A DNA stretch of 64,000 nt, from IMG/VR virus record IMGVR_UViG_3300046517_001744, positions 4,885-68,884 of that record. One strand, written 5' to 3'. Positions 47,464 through 58,299 of this stretch are shown here, one piece after another. The DNA comes from a virus. A program made the translations under genes and the position numbers. The number at the start of each line of letters is the position of its first letter. Within the stretch, counting starts at the first letter, position 1. Under the pieces are notes generated by a model. The model was not told the DNA's origin and made no database searches. It was given only the letters and a program-made list of their open reading frames with translations.

Positions 47464-49968
47464 CTATTCCTGAGGGGTTTGCAGGGTGGCGGGGAGCGCG
47501 GCGGCCGGCGGCGCAGGCGGCGCGGCGCCAGGCTCACCACCGGGCGTGGGCTTGTTGACGGCCGGCCCCGGTTCGGAGGGCGCCGTCGCCTGCGGGAAGT
47601 CCGCTGCCTCGGCCATCGAGCGCTCGTGCGCCCGCTGTAGGTCGTCGGACGCCGCGCGCACGGCGGTGTCGTGGTACTTGTGGTCGACACCCGCCGCCTT
47701 GGTCTGGGCGTTCAGCGCTTCGATGCGCAGGCGCATGAACGTCAGTTGCGCGTCGATCTGCGCCTCCTGGGCCGCGCCGGCGTTCTTGCGCGCCAGGGCC
47801 ATGTTCAGGAAGGCGTGCGTCTGGTGCTCGAGCTCCTGGGCGCGCGTCAGGCCGAGCTGCGCCTGCTGCTGCTGCATCGCCATCTGCATCGCCGTCGTGT
47901 CGGGCTGGACGAAGAGCGTGTCGATGCGGTCCATGTTCGCCGCCTGGAAGAGGCGCTTGCGGATCTCGACCTGGTTCACGAGCGGGTCGCCCTTGAACAT
48001 CATCAGGATCTCGGAGCGCGCCAGCTTCTGCATATCGGTGGTCATGGTCGGGTCGGCGATCGGGGTCACGCCGCCGCCTAGGCGGTAGTCTTCCTTCGTC
48101 ACTTCGCGCGCCACGTCGCCGGCCAGGTAGCGCTCGGTGTCCTTCATGTTGAGGCGATTGAGGCGATAGAGCTTGGCGAGCTCGGCTTTCTCGGCGCGCC
48201 ACACGCGCTTGTAGATGGCGGTGTAGACCTTCAGGCCCTGCTCGATCAGCGCCAGGATCGTCGTCGGCGGCGCGTTGGCGATCTGGGCGTCGCCCTGCAG
48301 CACGGAGTTGAGCGAGGCGAGCTCCTTGCACTCGCCGATCAGCAGCCCCAGCAGCTGGAAGAGCACCGTCGAGGGGCCCTTGAAGTCGGGCGAGTAGATC
48401 GCGTCGCGGATCGAGCCGCCCTTGGCGTTCACGCGGACGAACTTGCCCACCTGGAACAGCGTTTGGCCGGAGGGCATGCCCAGCTGGTCGCTGATGAAGC
48501 CGCCGCCCGCGTTCTGCAGCGTCCCGGCGTCGAACATCTGGTTCAGCGTCGTGTTGATCGCGTGGTTCAGCGGCTTGATGAGGTGGCCGAAGCCCATCGG
48601 GTGCGAGCCGCCGTCGATGTTCGGCAGGAACGGGTAGAGCGTATACTGGTCGGCCGGCTGGATAGCCTTGATCGTGTTGCCGTCCTCCGAGGCGTCGATC
48701 CCCTCGCGGTCGTAGCGCGCCACGATGCGCACGACTTTGGCCAAGCGGTGGTGGACGGTGACGATGTAGGGCTCGGGGTAGCCGTCCTCGTCGAGGTCGA
48801 GGCGTCGGTGCTGCTCGATGAAGAAGTGCGGCGCATCGGGGTCGGCCTGGTCGCCACTCTGCACCGCGTCGTCGTAGTTGAACCGCATCCCCTCGCCGGC
48901 GCCGCCGGGGCCGTAATCGTAGTGGATCCACATGCCGTCGTCGGCGTCTTCGTCGTCGTCAGGCTCGTCGGCGCCGTAGCGCTCGTTCTCGGTGATCTGG
49001 TGCGGGTAGACCAGCAGCTTCTCGCTGTGGCGCGGGGCGAGCTCGAAGCTGGGAGCGTGGTAGTTCCAGACCAAATTCATCAATGAAACCAGCAGGCTGC
49101 GGTTTCGGCCCAGCAGCGGGTCATGGAAGCTCTTGCGCGCGAAACCACCGCACACCGGCATCTGGTGCAAGCCCAGGTCGGTCTGCGGTTCCCACTCCGG
49201 CATCTCCTCGAGAAGCTGCCAGCTCATGTGCTCGCCGATGCGGTCGGCGCGCCTCTGCTTCTCGCCGGGCGCGACCAGCCAGAGCGGCTCGACCGGCTCG
49301 GAAGGCTGCGGTCCGGGAGGTGCGCCTTGGCCTGGCGCTGCGCCAATCGGCGGGGCAGGCGCCGGCGGCGGGGGTATGGCGGCTGCGGCCATCGGCGCGG
49401 GCGCCGCGCCGCCCATTAGCGCGCCCGTGCTCAGCCGGGGCTGGCCGTCGGGGTGGCTGTCCTTGGTGGCGGGCGTGCCATCGTCATCGCCCCAGACGAC
49501 GCCCTTCACCACGTTGCGTCCCTGGACGATCGCCGGATAGGTGCGGCTGCCGAAGTCGATCGCGGCGCGCGCGATCATCGGATAGATCACGTTCGACGCG
49601 CCCGGCCAGGGCGAAGTCTTGGGCACGGCGTCCTGCGTGGCGAACTTCATCGCCGCGATGGCGCGCTCTTCCCAGCCGGCGCGCGAGGTGCTGTCGAGAT
49701 CGAACTCGCGGATGCACTGCTGGCCGATGGTGTCGAGCTCGGCGTCCTCGAGGTAGCGGGCGAGGTTGATGTCCTCGATGTTGTCGATCAGCTGCTCGAG
49801 GAGCGATCCCGCCGGTGCGTCGCGCTCCTTGGGCGTGCGCTGCTGAGTCTCGTCTTCCTCGAGCTCGTCGTCATTGGGGCCGGCGGCCTGGTTGAGGTCA
49901 TCGTCGTCGGGGGCTGGGCCGGCCGCGGCCAGGGCGGAAGAGCCGATACTCGAGTCCACGTAGGCCAT
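47464..49968 (-). CDS. Portal protein
   Basis: PWPGASNV.YP, HMSWQLLEEMPEW, FDAGTLQN.GGF, TTILALIEQGLKVYTAIYKR. Confidence 0.88.
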   Translation of the reverse strand: MAYVDSSIGSSALAAAGPAPDDDDLNQAAGPNDDELEEDETQQRTPKERDAPAGSLLEQLIDNIEDINLARYLEDAELDTIGQQCIREFDLDSTSRAGWEERAIAAMKFATQDAVPKTSPWPGASNVIYPMIARAAIDFGSRTYPAIVQGRNVVKGVVWGDDDGTPATKDSHPDGQPRLSTGALMGGAAPAPMAAAAIPPPPAPAPPIGAAPGQGAPPGPQPSEPVEPLWLVAPGEKQRRADRIGEHMSWQLLEEMPEWEPQTDLGLHQMPVCGGFARKSFHDPLLGRNRSLLVSLMNLVWNYHAPSFELAPRHSEKLLVYPHQITENERYGADEPDDDEDADDGMWIHYDYGPGGAGEGMRFNYDDAVQSGDQADPDAPHFFIEQHRRLDLDEDGYPEPYIVTVHHRLAKVVRIVARYDREGIDASEDGNTIKAIQPADQYTLYPFLPNIDGGSHPMGFGHLIKPLNHAINTTLNQMFDAGTLQNAGGGFISDQLGMPSGQTLFQVGKFVRVNAKGGSIRDAIYSPDFKGPSTVLFQLLGLLIGECKELASLNSVLQGDAQIANAPPTTILALIEQGLKVYTAIYKRVWRAEKAELAKLYRLNRLNMKDTERYLAGDVAREVTKEDYRLGGGVTPIADPTMTTDMQKLARSEILMMFKGDPLVNQVEIRKRLFQAANMDRIDTLFVQPDTTAMQMAMQQQQAQLGLTRAQELEHQTHAFLNMALARKNAGAAQEAQIDAQLTFMRLRIEALNAQTKAAGVDHKYHDTAVRAASDDLQRAHERSMAEAADFPQATAPSEPGPAVNKPTPGGEPGAAPPAPPAAALPATLQTPQE

Positions 49969-50472
49969 TTAGGCTGCCCTCACAAATAGAGGATCCCGAA
50001 GTAGTCGGGCTGACTTCAGATAGGCCGCGTGCGCCTCCTCGGGCGTGTCGAAGCGCCCCAGATAGATGCTCCGCTTCTTGTACCAGATATTCGCTTGCCA
50101 CCTACCGGACCTTACGCGAGAGACGCCTTTGAAGCCGCTAGTATTGGTCTTCTTCAATCTGGCGTTAGCCTGATTTTGTTCGTCGGTGGCTAAGCGTAGA
50201 TTGATCCACCAGTTGTGGTCTCCCACTCCGTCCTCATGGTCAATATCCATCGCCGGCCATGCCCCGGTCTTTAGAGCCCACGCCGCGCGGTGCGCCGCCA
50301 CGGACACGCCGTCAACATTGATGCGGCGATAGCCCCTGGTGTTCACCGTGCCCGCGACCTGACCGGCTCGGCGATTGTTCCAGGAGATGCGCCACCGTAA
50401 CACTCCTGTCGCTGCATCATATGACAACAGCTCTCGCAGGCGTTCCACGGGGACGGTCGTTGGCGCAATCAT
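49969..50472 (-). mobile_element. HNH-AP2 homing endonuclease gene
   Basis: LRELLSYD..TG, AHR.AW, IDHEDG...NLRLAT...N, NTSGFKGV, YLGRFDTPEEA; locally lower GC. Confidence 0.9.
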
Positions 50473-50510
50473 GCGCTTTCAGTAGCGCGCGCCGCGGGGG
50501 TGTGGCAAAC

Positions 50511-50529
50511 AGGGCGTGCGCCACGCCCT
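50511..50529. terminator. Intergenic hairpin
   Basis: AGGGCGTG-CGC-CACGCCCT; no long U-tract. Confidence 0.35.
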
Positions 50530-50584
50530 TAGTCCTTCCTGGACTGCACCGTCCCCCCGTGATGCCCGGGCGTGGCGCAATCTC

Positions 50585-50800
50585 TCACCCAGCGTCGTCG
50601 ACCCACTCGTAGAGCGCGGGCTCGTGGTAGCTGTAGCCGCGCGATGGATTGTCCGGCTCGACGGGGTTGAGCCACTCGCTGTCGGTGCGCTGATGGTGGC
50701 GCACGATCCAGCGCGGCTCGCGGGCCAGGTAGGCGATGTTGATGGTGCGGCGCTGGCGGCGGCCGTCGCGCATGGCGACCTGGTGGGGCTCGGGCGTCAC
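50585..50800 (-). CDS. Hypothetical protein
   Basis: GTG start, operon packing. Confidence 0.5.
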   Translation of the reverse strand: MTPEPHQVAMRDGRRQRRTINIAYLAREPRWIVRHHQRTDSEWLNPVEPDNPSRGYSYHEPALYEWVDDAG

Positions 50801-51045
50801 GGCGTCTCGCCGTAGTGATTGACCGCGCGCCGTCGCGACCACAGCGACAGCCTGGGGTGCGCCCGGCGTTGGCGGCGAGGCAGATCGGCGGTGGCCACAA
50901 GCGCCGCCTTGCTCTCGCGGGCCCAGATGCGGGTGATCGTGGTGACGCCGACGTCGTAACGCTGCGCGAGCACCGGCGCGGACTCGCGGGAGAGGTAGAT
51001 CGCCCGGTAGTCGTCATCGGAGAGCTTGCGCAGGTCGGGCCTCAT
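50797..51045 (-). CDS. Small HTH-like protein
   Basis: KLSDDDYRAI...LAQRYDVGVTTITRI. Confidence 0.6.
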   Translation of the reverse strand: MRPDLRKLSDDDYRAIYLSRESAPVLAQRYDVGVTTITRIWARESKAALVATADLPRRQRRAHPRLSLWSRRRAVNHYGETP

Positions 51046-51272
51046 CGGGCATGCCAGGGGTAGGCTTCCCACCAGTAGCGGTGCCAGTCGATGCCTGGGC
51101 CCACGCACGCGAACACGAGGCGCGGATGGGCGCTGTCACGGTAGCGCATGCCGGCGACCGCCGCCGTGACGGCCTGGCGGTCGGGCAGCGCAGCGTATTC
51201 ATCGACCGTCATGGCCAGGGAGAACGCCTTGGTCATGTGCTGGACCGCGTCGATGTGGCTGCGCTCGCTCAC
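51042..51272 (-). CDS. Hypothetical protein
   Basis: Coupled overlaps on both sides. Confidence 0.5.
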   Translation of the reverse strand: MSERSHIDAVQHMTKAFSLAMTVDEYAALPDRQAVTAAVAGMRYRDSAHPRLVFACVGPGIDWHRYWWEAYPWHAR

Positions 51273-51448
51273 CGCTTCCTCGGAAATGCCGTCTTGCCGC
51301 GCACCACCGCATTCGCCTCGCGAATCGCGCGGCCCTCGTCCCCGGTCTTGGCCAGGACACCGTTGGCCACGTCGCGCCACTGCCGGCGCTTCTTCGGGGT
51401 GTTGGCCTTCTTGGTCTTCTGGCTGGCTTGGGCTGGGGTCCAGGGCAT
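51269..51448 (-). CDS. Small ChaB-like basic protein (59 aa, not in ORF track)
   Basis: MPWT...RRQWRDVANGVL..GDEGRAIREANAVV. Confidence 0.55.
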   Translation of the reverse strand: MPWTPAQASQKTKKANTPKKRRQWRDVANGVLAKTGDEGRAIREANAVVRGKTAFPRKR

Positions 51449-51708
51449 CAGGCGGGCCCTCCGCTACCCGCGCCGCCAGGTCGTTCATAGACGATGGTCG
51501 ACACGCCTTCCTTCTGGGCGGCCAGTCGCTCCTGCGCATTAGCGATGCGCCGCAGGCTCGCGGCGACGGACATCATGTCCATGAGCGTCCGAACCACCAC
51601 TCGCGCCGCCGCGTCCTTCTGGCCAGCCGTGGGCTCGCCGTCCGCGCGGAACATGGCGGCAACGATCTCAATGTCTTCGCCGATGTTGTCGGTCTGGCTG
51701 TCGATCAT
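51448..51708 (-). CDS. Hypothetical protein
   Basis: AGGAG SD, helical. Confidence 0.6.
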   Translation of the reverse strand: MIDSQTDNIGEDIEIVAAMFRADGEPTAGQKDAAARVVVRTLMDMMSVAASLRRIANAQERLAAQKEGVSTIVYERPGGAGSGGPA

Positions 51709-51716
51709 GGCGTCTC

Positions 51717-51941
51717 CTAGAGCTTCACGCTCGCATGGTGGTCGCGGATCTTCTGCATGAAGAACCCGCCGATCGACTTGTTGCCGGCCATCGCTTCGAC
51801 CTTCTCGGCCGGCACGTCGGCGTACCTGTAGGCCGCGCCGGACGTGAACTGGACGGTCAGGTCGCGGGTGTTCGGGTCGTAGGCGTAGCCCGTCATCATC
51901 GAGGACTTCACCGGCGTGAGGTCAGGGAGTTTGGCCATCAT
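51717..51941 (-). CDS. KTSC domain protein
   Basis: PVKSS....YD....LTVQF.SG..YRY.DVP...SIG.FF...IR. Confidence 0.88.
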   Translation of the reverse strand: MMAKLPDLTPVKSSMMTGYAYDPNTRDLTVQFTSGAAYRYADVPAEKVEAMAGNKSIGGFFMQKIRDHHASVKL

Positions 51942-54281
51942 TCCGTCTCCTTGTGTTTCGCCAGGGCCGCCTCGAGGGCCGCCTCGAGGGTCTTGCCGCG
52001 CGCCGTGGCATCACCGACGCGGGCCCACGGCCCGCGGTGGTCGATGCCGTAGCCGAACGTGCCGGCGGGCGCCACGCGGCGCGCCTCGGCGTAGAGCGGG
52101 TGAATGGGCCGCTGCAAGTCCAGGCGCCGGAAGTGCTTGCGCAGCGCAGCGTTCGCCCGGGCGATGTCGACCACGCGGCGAGGGCGCGGGCCGTCGACGG
52201 GCAGGCGGTGGTTGAACTGCTCGGTCATCGGAAGCTCTTGTAGTTGGCCTCGAGGATCACGCGCGTCGAGACGCGGGCGCGCTTGCGGAGGGGATCGCTG
52301 GGGCGGGGCTTCCTGTCGGCGAACAGCCGCTGGCGGGCTCGCGTGCGCTGGCGGGACATCGAGTCGGTGGGGCCGCGCATGTTCCGGGTCCGATCCAACT
52401 CCCCTTGGCGCTTTGCGCCGTCACCCGTGCCGGGTCGGTAGCGTCGAAACTTCATCGTCTGTCTCCCGTGGTGTTCAGCAGATACTGCACTGCTTTGATG
52501 AGCTCGTCTTCCTGGTAGCCGCTCTCGTGCAGGTTCCAGGCCCACCACGTCGAGGACAGCGGCGTCTCGCACTCACGGATGAACGCGCGGCTGGCCGGGG
52601 GCAGCATATCGAACCAGCGGATGTCCTGGCGCTCGTCGGGCGAGGGCTTGAGGATCAGCGCCACCATATCGCGCTTGAGGTCGGGCTGGGCCAGGCGCGC
52701 GGCTTTCGCCAGCGCCTCGGCGGTGTTCTGGCCGCGCATGGCCGCGACGCGGGCTATGTCCTCATCTAGGGCCATCGGCTTCCGAGGGGTCGTAGAGGCG
52801 CGTGGGTGGCGCGTCGGCCTGGGCGATCATTCGCGCGAAGTGCTCGCGGGCGTCGGCGATCTGGACGAGCCAATAGGCACGCATCGCCACGTCCATCGTG
52901 CCGAAGAAGGTCCAGCGCAGGCCGCGCTGCAGGCCGCCGCGCTCGGCCAGGTGGATCTCGACCCAGCCGGGGAACTTGCCGCGGCGCAGATACCAGCGGG
53001 TGTCAGTCATCGGCCAATCACCGAGCGGAGCTCTTCGGCCGACACGCGGAAGAACTCGCCCGGCCTGATTTGCGCCTCGTGTCCCATGCCGCCGGGGATC
53101 ACGGTGAAGGCGACCCAGGGCCTGTCGCGCCAGATCATCCAGAGCCAGAGCTCGAGGGGTGTCCGCGCCGAGTTCATGCCCCAGCCAGCGTCCTCGAACC
53201 CCTGCTGCGTCATCGGCGTCATGGTCGCAGCCTCGCCGGCAGCGACGGCTTGGGCCTCGCTGAGATAGCCGCCGATGACGGCCGGCCAACGGGCCGCTGC
53301 GCTGGGCGCGAGGATCAGGACGTAGCTCACCGGCGCGGCTCGATCGGCTTGATGTTGGGGTGCTCTCGCCGCCGCGTCAGCTTGCCGATCATCTCGGGCG
53401 TGATGTGTTGCGCCTCGTCAATCCAGGGTCCGCCGGTGATCTCGCCGGGCTTCGTGCGTCGTAGCCCCGTCAGCGCGTTGTCGATCTGGCTGAGCGCACC
53501 CATCAGGTCGGGCAGCGGCCGCCAGCCGCGCGGGAGGCCGTACTTCTCGGCGGCGGCGCGCGCCAGGCTCTGCGCGTACTCGAGCTCTGTGCGCCGCTTG
53601 CCCGAGACGATCTCTCCGATGTGGAACGCGCCGAGCACCGCCAGGCCCAGGATGGTGACGAGCGCGGCCAGGAGCAGCGCGCCCTCAGCGAGATGGAAAG
53701 CTTGGTCGGTGGTCATGCGGTGATGTCCTTCAGGTCCCATACGCGCACCTTGGCGACGGCGCGCTCCCATACCTCGAACGCCTCGACGTTGCCCTGGGTG
53801 CAGAGCTTCTCGCCCTCCTGGGCGGCCTCGGTGATCGTCTCGTACTCGCCGTTGTGCGGCACGAACTCGCGCTCGCCCACCTCGCGGATGAAGAGCTTGG
53901 CGGTCATTGGGGGTTGCTCCGCATGCTCTCGATCGGCGTGGAATAGGCCATCGCCATGCCGCGCAGGAAGCCGGGGAAAGCGGCGGCGATGCCCTCGGCC
54001 ATCTCCACGGTGGAGTCGCGCATGACGGCGCCTAGGGCGGCGCCGACCACTATGGCCGCGCTCTCGGCTTCGCCCTCGTCCATCGGGCCAAACTCGCAGA
54101 GCATGACCTGCACCGCCGAGGAGATGGCGTTCATGAGCCGCTCTTTTCGCGTGGCGTTGGGTTGCGGATGCACGAGCTCGGCATGCTCCATGAAGGCGTC
54201 GAGCAGTCCGACGACGCCTGCGACCAGGAGCGGCACGTCTTCGCCCTCGACCATGATGCCGGGTCCGGAGATGGTGCTCAC
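51938..54281 (-). CDS. Run of ~8 small coupled hypothetical genes (51938-52228, 52225-52455, 52452-52775, 52762-53010, 53007-53330, 53327-53716, 53713-53907, 53904-54281)
   Basis: Consecutive short start/stop overlaps and protein-like composition. Confidence 0.55.
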
Positions 54282-54424
54282 GGCTGCACCGGCGCGAAGC
54301 TGATCGCCAGGCCGCCAACGAAGCCCAGCAGGAACGCTATGGCGATCAGCGGCCAGTAGGCGCGCAGCCAGTCGGCAAAGAGCGCGGTCGACACGCTGAT
54401 GCGCTGAAGAGGGGTCATGGTCGC

Positions 54425-54859
54425 TTACCCCTTCGCCGGAGTGACGCCGCGACCGGCCTCAAGGATGGGCAGGTTCGCCTCCGTCGGCACGTAGATGGTC
54501 TGGCCATCGCGCTCTTCCATCATCTTCACCCACTGCCACGTCAGATAGAGCGGGTGGTCCTTGACGTTCTGGCCGATGATTTCGATCTGCTTGGCGACAG
54601 CTTCCGCCTCCACGATGGCGGCCTGCTTGTTCGCCTCGGCCGCCGCTAGACGCCCAGCGGCCTCAGCCACTTGCACCTTGGAATCGTTCTGCGCCCGGGC
54701 GAGATCGGCCTGCCCTTCCTTGTGCGCCTGCCAGACCGAATAGACGGGTCCGAACCAGGCGTTGAACGCCCAGAGCAGCACGATCGCGAGCACCGCCTGC
54801 CACCAATGGGCGCCCACGAAGTGGCCCAGCACGTCGAAGAAATTCGGTTGATTGTCCAT
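54425..54859 (-). CDS. Membrane protein resembling an SPFH/Band-7 C-terminal region
   Basis: TM helix, AEA-rich coil, YLTWQW, IYVPTEANLPILEA. Confidence 0.65.
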   Translation of the reverse strand: MDNQPNFFDVLGHFVGAHWWQAVLAIVLLWAFNAWFGPVYSVWQAHKEGQADLARAQNDSKVQVAEAAGRLAAAEANKQAAIVEAEAVAKQIEIIGQNVKDHPLYLTWQWVKMMEERDGQTIYVPTEANLPILEAGRGVTPAKG

Positions 54860-54864
54860 CGTCG

Positions 54865-54912
54865 TCTCCTGTGGTGTTGCGGGAGAAGACGCGCGCCCAG
54901 CGTCGCTGTCAA
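54865..54912 (-). promoter_or_regulatory. Sigma70-type promoter with ACACCAC leader
   Basis: TTGACA-17bp-TCTTCT then ACACCACAGGAGA. Confidence 0.6.
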
Positions 54913-55011
54913 GACGCGGGCGACCGGCGGGCCTAAAATGGACCCTTTATGGCCCTTTTTTGGATCATTCCTGTTTGCTTTCAGCAGCCTAACGGCGGGC
55001 GGGCGGCGGGC

Positions 55012-56553
55012 CTAATACCCGGTGCTCGGATCCCGAGTGGGATCGTCGCCGTAGGCCGAGCGGTCGACGAAGAAGTCATCCATCTCGTCGCGCGGCTTGC
55101 TGACCAGCGCCGGCGCGAAGTGTTCGAGCGCGCGATACTGGATGCAGTCGTGGGGGTGCGTGTACATATTGTCCTGCGGCGTGGCGCTGTAGCGCTCGGG
55201 CCCAGGCACCTGCAGGCGCCGCCGGTGGTAGCCACCCATGAAGCCCTTGCGCGTCACCCGGCAGCGCGGATGCAGGATGAACTGCGGCTCGCCGTTCACC
55301 AGGGTGCGCAGCGGCTTGCGCACGCTCTCCTGGCGCAGCTGCGGGTCCTGGGTCATGGCGCCGCGGATCATGATGTCCTTCGCCTGCAGGATGTCGAAGC
55401 ACGTCTTCTTGTCGGTCTGCACGCGGATCTCCCCGGCCGGGTCGCCCACGTCATCGAACGACGCGCGGCCGCGGAACGCGCTGGCGCAATGCTCAAGCAC
55501 CTCGTCGCTGAACTCGTCGGCGCTCATGTTGTCGCTGGTGAGCTCGTCGAACACCAGCCAGCGCCCATCGGGCAGCTTCTGGCTGAAGATGCAGGCGGGC
55601 GTGAGCCCGAAGTCCCAGGTGCGCTCGATCGTGATGCCCTCGATCGGATCGGCCTTCTGGCAGTGGATCTGGTCGCTGTACTCGGGATAGACCAGCTTGC
55701 CCTCGACGACGAAGCCGTACTCGCCGTCGACGTAGACCTTGATCCACTCGCGCGCCTTGCCGACGGAGAGGTTGGCGTAGTAGCTGCGCCCGCCCGGCAG
55801 GTTGACCAGGTTCTCGGCGCGGGGGCTGAGGCCGCCCGGCTGCTTGAAGATGCGGGCGAACTTCTCCGGCGGCATATCGCGCGGGATGTCGCCGCTCTCC
55901 TGCAGCTTGCGGAAGCTCTTGAGCCAGTTGCGCTCCTCGAAGTAGCCGTACCACTTCGAGTCCGTGTCGGGCGGGTTGGTGTCCATCCAGACGCCCGACC
56001 AACTGACGCCGCCGTCCTTCACCGCCGGGTAGCGCCCGACGCGCCCCTGCAGCGCCTCGATGACGCTCCATGGCACTTCGCGCGCTTCGTTCACCCAGCC
56101 GCCGGTGAGCTCGAGGGATAGAAGCTTCTTGATGTCGTCGGGGCGGTCCAGGGCCAGGAAGAGGATCTCGATGTCGCAGCCCTCTATCGCCTTGATCTGG
56201 TAGCTGTGCTTGTTCTCGATGTAGCGGCCGAAATGATGCGGCGGCAGCCAGCTGAAGACGGTCCTGATCGTGGTGTCGGCGAGCTCGCGGTAGGTGTTGC
56301 GGATCACCGCCCATCGGCTGTGACGAATGCCGTCGCGCCCGATGCGCTGGCGCCTGGCGCGCGCGGTGATCTCCACCACGCAGGCGGTCGACTTGCCGGA
56401 GCCGAACGGCCCCATAAGCCCGCGCATGGGCGCGTTGGAGCACGCGAACTCCTGGCACGTGGGCACGGGGCTGTAGTCGTAGGGGATGTCGTTGTAGCGG
56501 GCGGGGCTGAGCGGTTCCTGGGGCAGCCAGCCACCGTCGGCGGGGGGCGTCAT
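55012..56553 (-). CDS. terL: Terminase large subunit
   Basis: GPFGSGKS Walker A, RNTYREL, WVNEARE, DTNPP, WDFGLTPA, HPHDCIQY. Confidence 0.92.
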   Translation of the reverse strand: MTPPADGGWLPQEPLSPARYNDIPYDYSPVPTCQEFACSNAPMRGLMGPFGSGKSTACVVEITARARRQRIGRDGIRHSRWAVIRNTYRELADTTIRTVFSWLPPHHFGRYIENKHSYQIKAIEGCDIEILFLALDRPDDIKKLLSLELTGGWVNEAREVPWSVIEALQGRVGRYPAVKDGGVSWSGVWMDTNPPDTDSKWYGYFEERNWLKSFRKLQESGDIPRDMPPEKFARIFKQPGGLSPRAENLVNLPGGRSYYANLSVGKAREWIKVYVDGEYGFVVEGKLVYPEYSDQIHCQKADPIEGITIERTWDFGLTPACIFSQKLPDGRWLVFDELTSDNMSADEFSDEVLEHCASAFRGRASFDDVGDPAGEIRVQTDKKTCFDILQAKDIMIRGAMTQDPQLRQESVRKPLRTLVNGEPQFILHPRCRVTRKGFMGGYHRRRLQVPGPERYSATPQDNMYTHPHDCIQYRALEHFAPALVSKPRDEMDDFFVDRSAYGDDPTRDPSTGY

Positions 56554-56978
56554 GCGACGCGACGCTCGGCGCGGATGCGCGCGACGCGCATGGCGTGCAC
56601 CATCTGGCGGTTGAGCGGGGCGGCGTACATGGCGGCCAGGTAGATCACCTCGCACGGCCTGGGCCAGCGGTCGCCCTTGGCTTGGTTGCAGCCGTCGTGC
56701 GCTAGCAGGATGTTCGCGTCGCCCTTCCCGCCGGCCGATCGGGGAAAGACGTGGTCGCGCGTGCGCAGGCGCTGCGTGGTCTTGGAAGGCCGCGCGAACC
56801 ACTCGAGGCCGCAGAGATAGCAGCGGCCGCGCTGGCGGGTGCTGATAGCGGGCGCCTGGCGTAGCATCTCGAGCCCGCGAGTGACGACGGCCCACGACGC
56901 CAGGGCGCGGCCGCGCTCGATAGCGGCGATGACGGCAAGGCGATTGTTTCGCCGCCGGGTTCGATCGGCCCCGCTCAC
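56550..56978 (-). CDS. HNH endonuclease
   Basis: CYLC, TRDHVFPRSAGG, AHDGCNQAKG. Confidence 0.8.
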   Translation of the reverse strand: MSGADRTRRRNNRLAVIAAIERGRALASWAVVTRGLEMLRQAPAISTRQRGRCYLCGLEWFARPSKTTQRLRTRDHVFPRSAGGKGDANILLAHDGCNQAKGDRWPRPCEVIYLAAMYAAPLNRQMVHAMRVARIRAERRVA

Positions 56979-58299
56979 GGCGTCACGTCCTTCCCGCTCA
57001 CGCCCGACCAGACCTGCCAACCCTCCGCCGGCCACGGCCACACGCGGATGACGCCCTCGACGTAGTCGTAGGTGCTGGGAACGCCGCGCGCGGTCTCAGG
57101 ATCGCAGGCGTGCAGCTGGCGGTCCATCGTCTCATGATCGACGAGCATCAGGTCGTACTGCGCGCCCTCGGGCTGGTCGACGTGGCTGGCATAGTGGCGG
57201 CCGCTCTGCGCCTGGGCCAGCGTGGCGTAGGCTGGGCGACGGTTCGGCGCGCGGCGCATCAGCTCGCCAGCACCAGCTTGCCCCGGTGCAGAGCGCACCC
57301 CGCTTCACTACGCGGCAGCCTGGCCCGCATCATCAGAATGGACGGCCCATTCGGCGTCATCCCGAAGATTGCTGGGGTGGGCGGAACTCCATGACAGGTC
57401 ACCAGGCTCAGGTCCTCGGGGATCGCCACGCCGAACAGGCAGTTGCCGCACACCTCGGCGCGGATCAGGCCCGGGCTGGGCTTGTGGTGCAGCGGGGGTT
57501 TGACCTCTTCGCTCATGATTTCTCCTCGAAGTGCCGCGGCGGCCATGCGTGGTTGAGCAGGTCCGCCGCCCACTCTTCTCGCGTTTGAGGGCGCATTAGG
57601 TCCGCTGGCGGTCCCTCGTCGTTCCACCTGTCGAACCAGCCCGGCGCCTTCCACGCGCTCCTCACCGGCCGCACCGCATCCTGCACGATTCGCTCGATCG
57701 CCAGCAGGGTGCACACGACGCCCAGGAACACCAGGATGCCCACGGCCAGGTGGTCGAGCACGTCGCCGCGGCCGCCGGCTATGGCGAGGGCGTAGAAGAG
57801 GGCGGCGAGGAACTTCACTCCGCCTTCACCACTTTGAACCCCGCCTCGCGCAGCGCGATGAACACGCAGGCGGTGGTGTCGCGAGGGCTCGGGATGCCGC
57901 GCCCTTCCCACTGCGACCCCATGGCGAGCTCCACCGCTTTCCAGGCGCGCGGGTCCTCGTTGTACTCGGCGGCGTCGCGCACCGGCGCCCAGGTGTTCTC
58001 GTGGTTGAAGTGGGGACGCTTGGTCACGCTGCTTCCTCCTGCGGACAGCTGGACGCCAGGCCGGCGATCGCCTGGCCGAGAGCGATCTTGGCGTGGTGAC
58101 GCGCCAGTGCGCGGCCGGCGATGCCGAAGTCCACGCCGACGCTGAATGTGATCGACGCCTCGAGCACGCCATCCTTCTCGGAGAACGTGACGGGCAGGTT
58201 CATGAGGCCGCGCTCGACCGCGCGCAGGTAGGCGATCTCTGCGTCGAGCAGCGCGTGCGTCTGGCTCGGGGTGAGCTTGTCCACCTTGCGATACGTCAT
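56975..58299 (-). CDS. Five small coupled hypothetical genes (56975-57259, 57259-57516, 57513-57818, 57815-58027, 58024-58299)
   Basis: Start/stop overlaps; 57259-57516 carries CGNC...CH..PP..C. Confidence 0.55.

Noticed and set aside
49969-50472. HNH-AP2 gene as part of an intron or intein in the portal
   Set aside because: The portal ORF is intact and starts right after the HNH stop; it is a free-standing endonuclease
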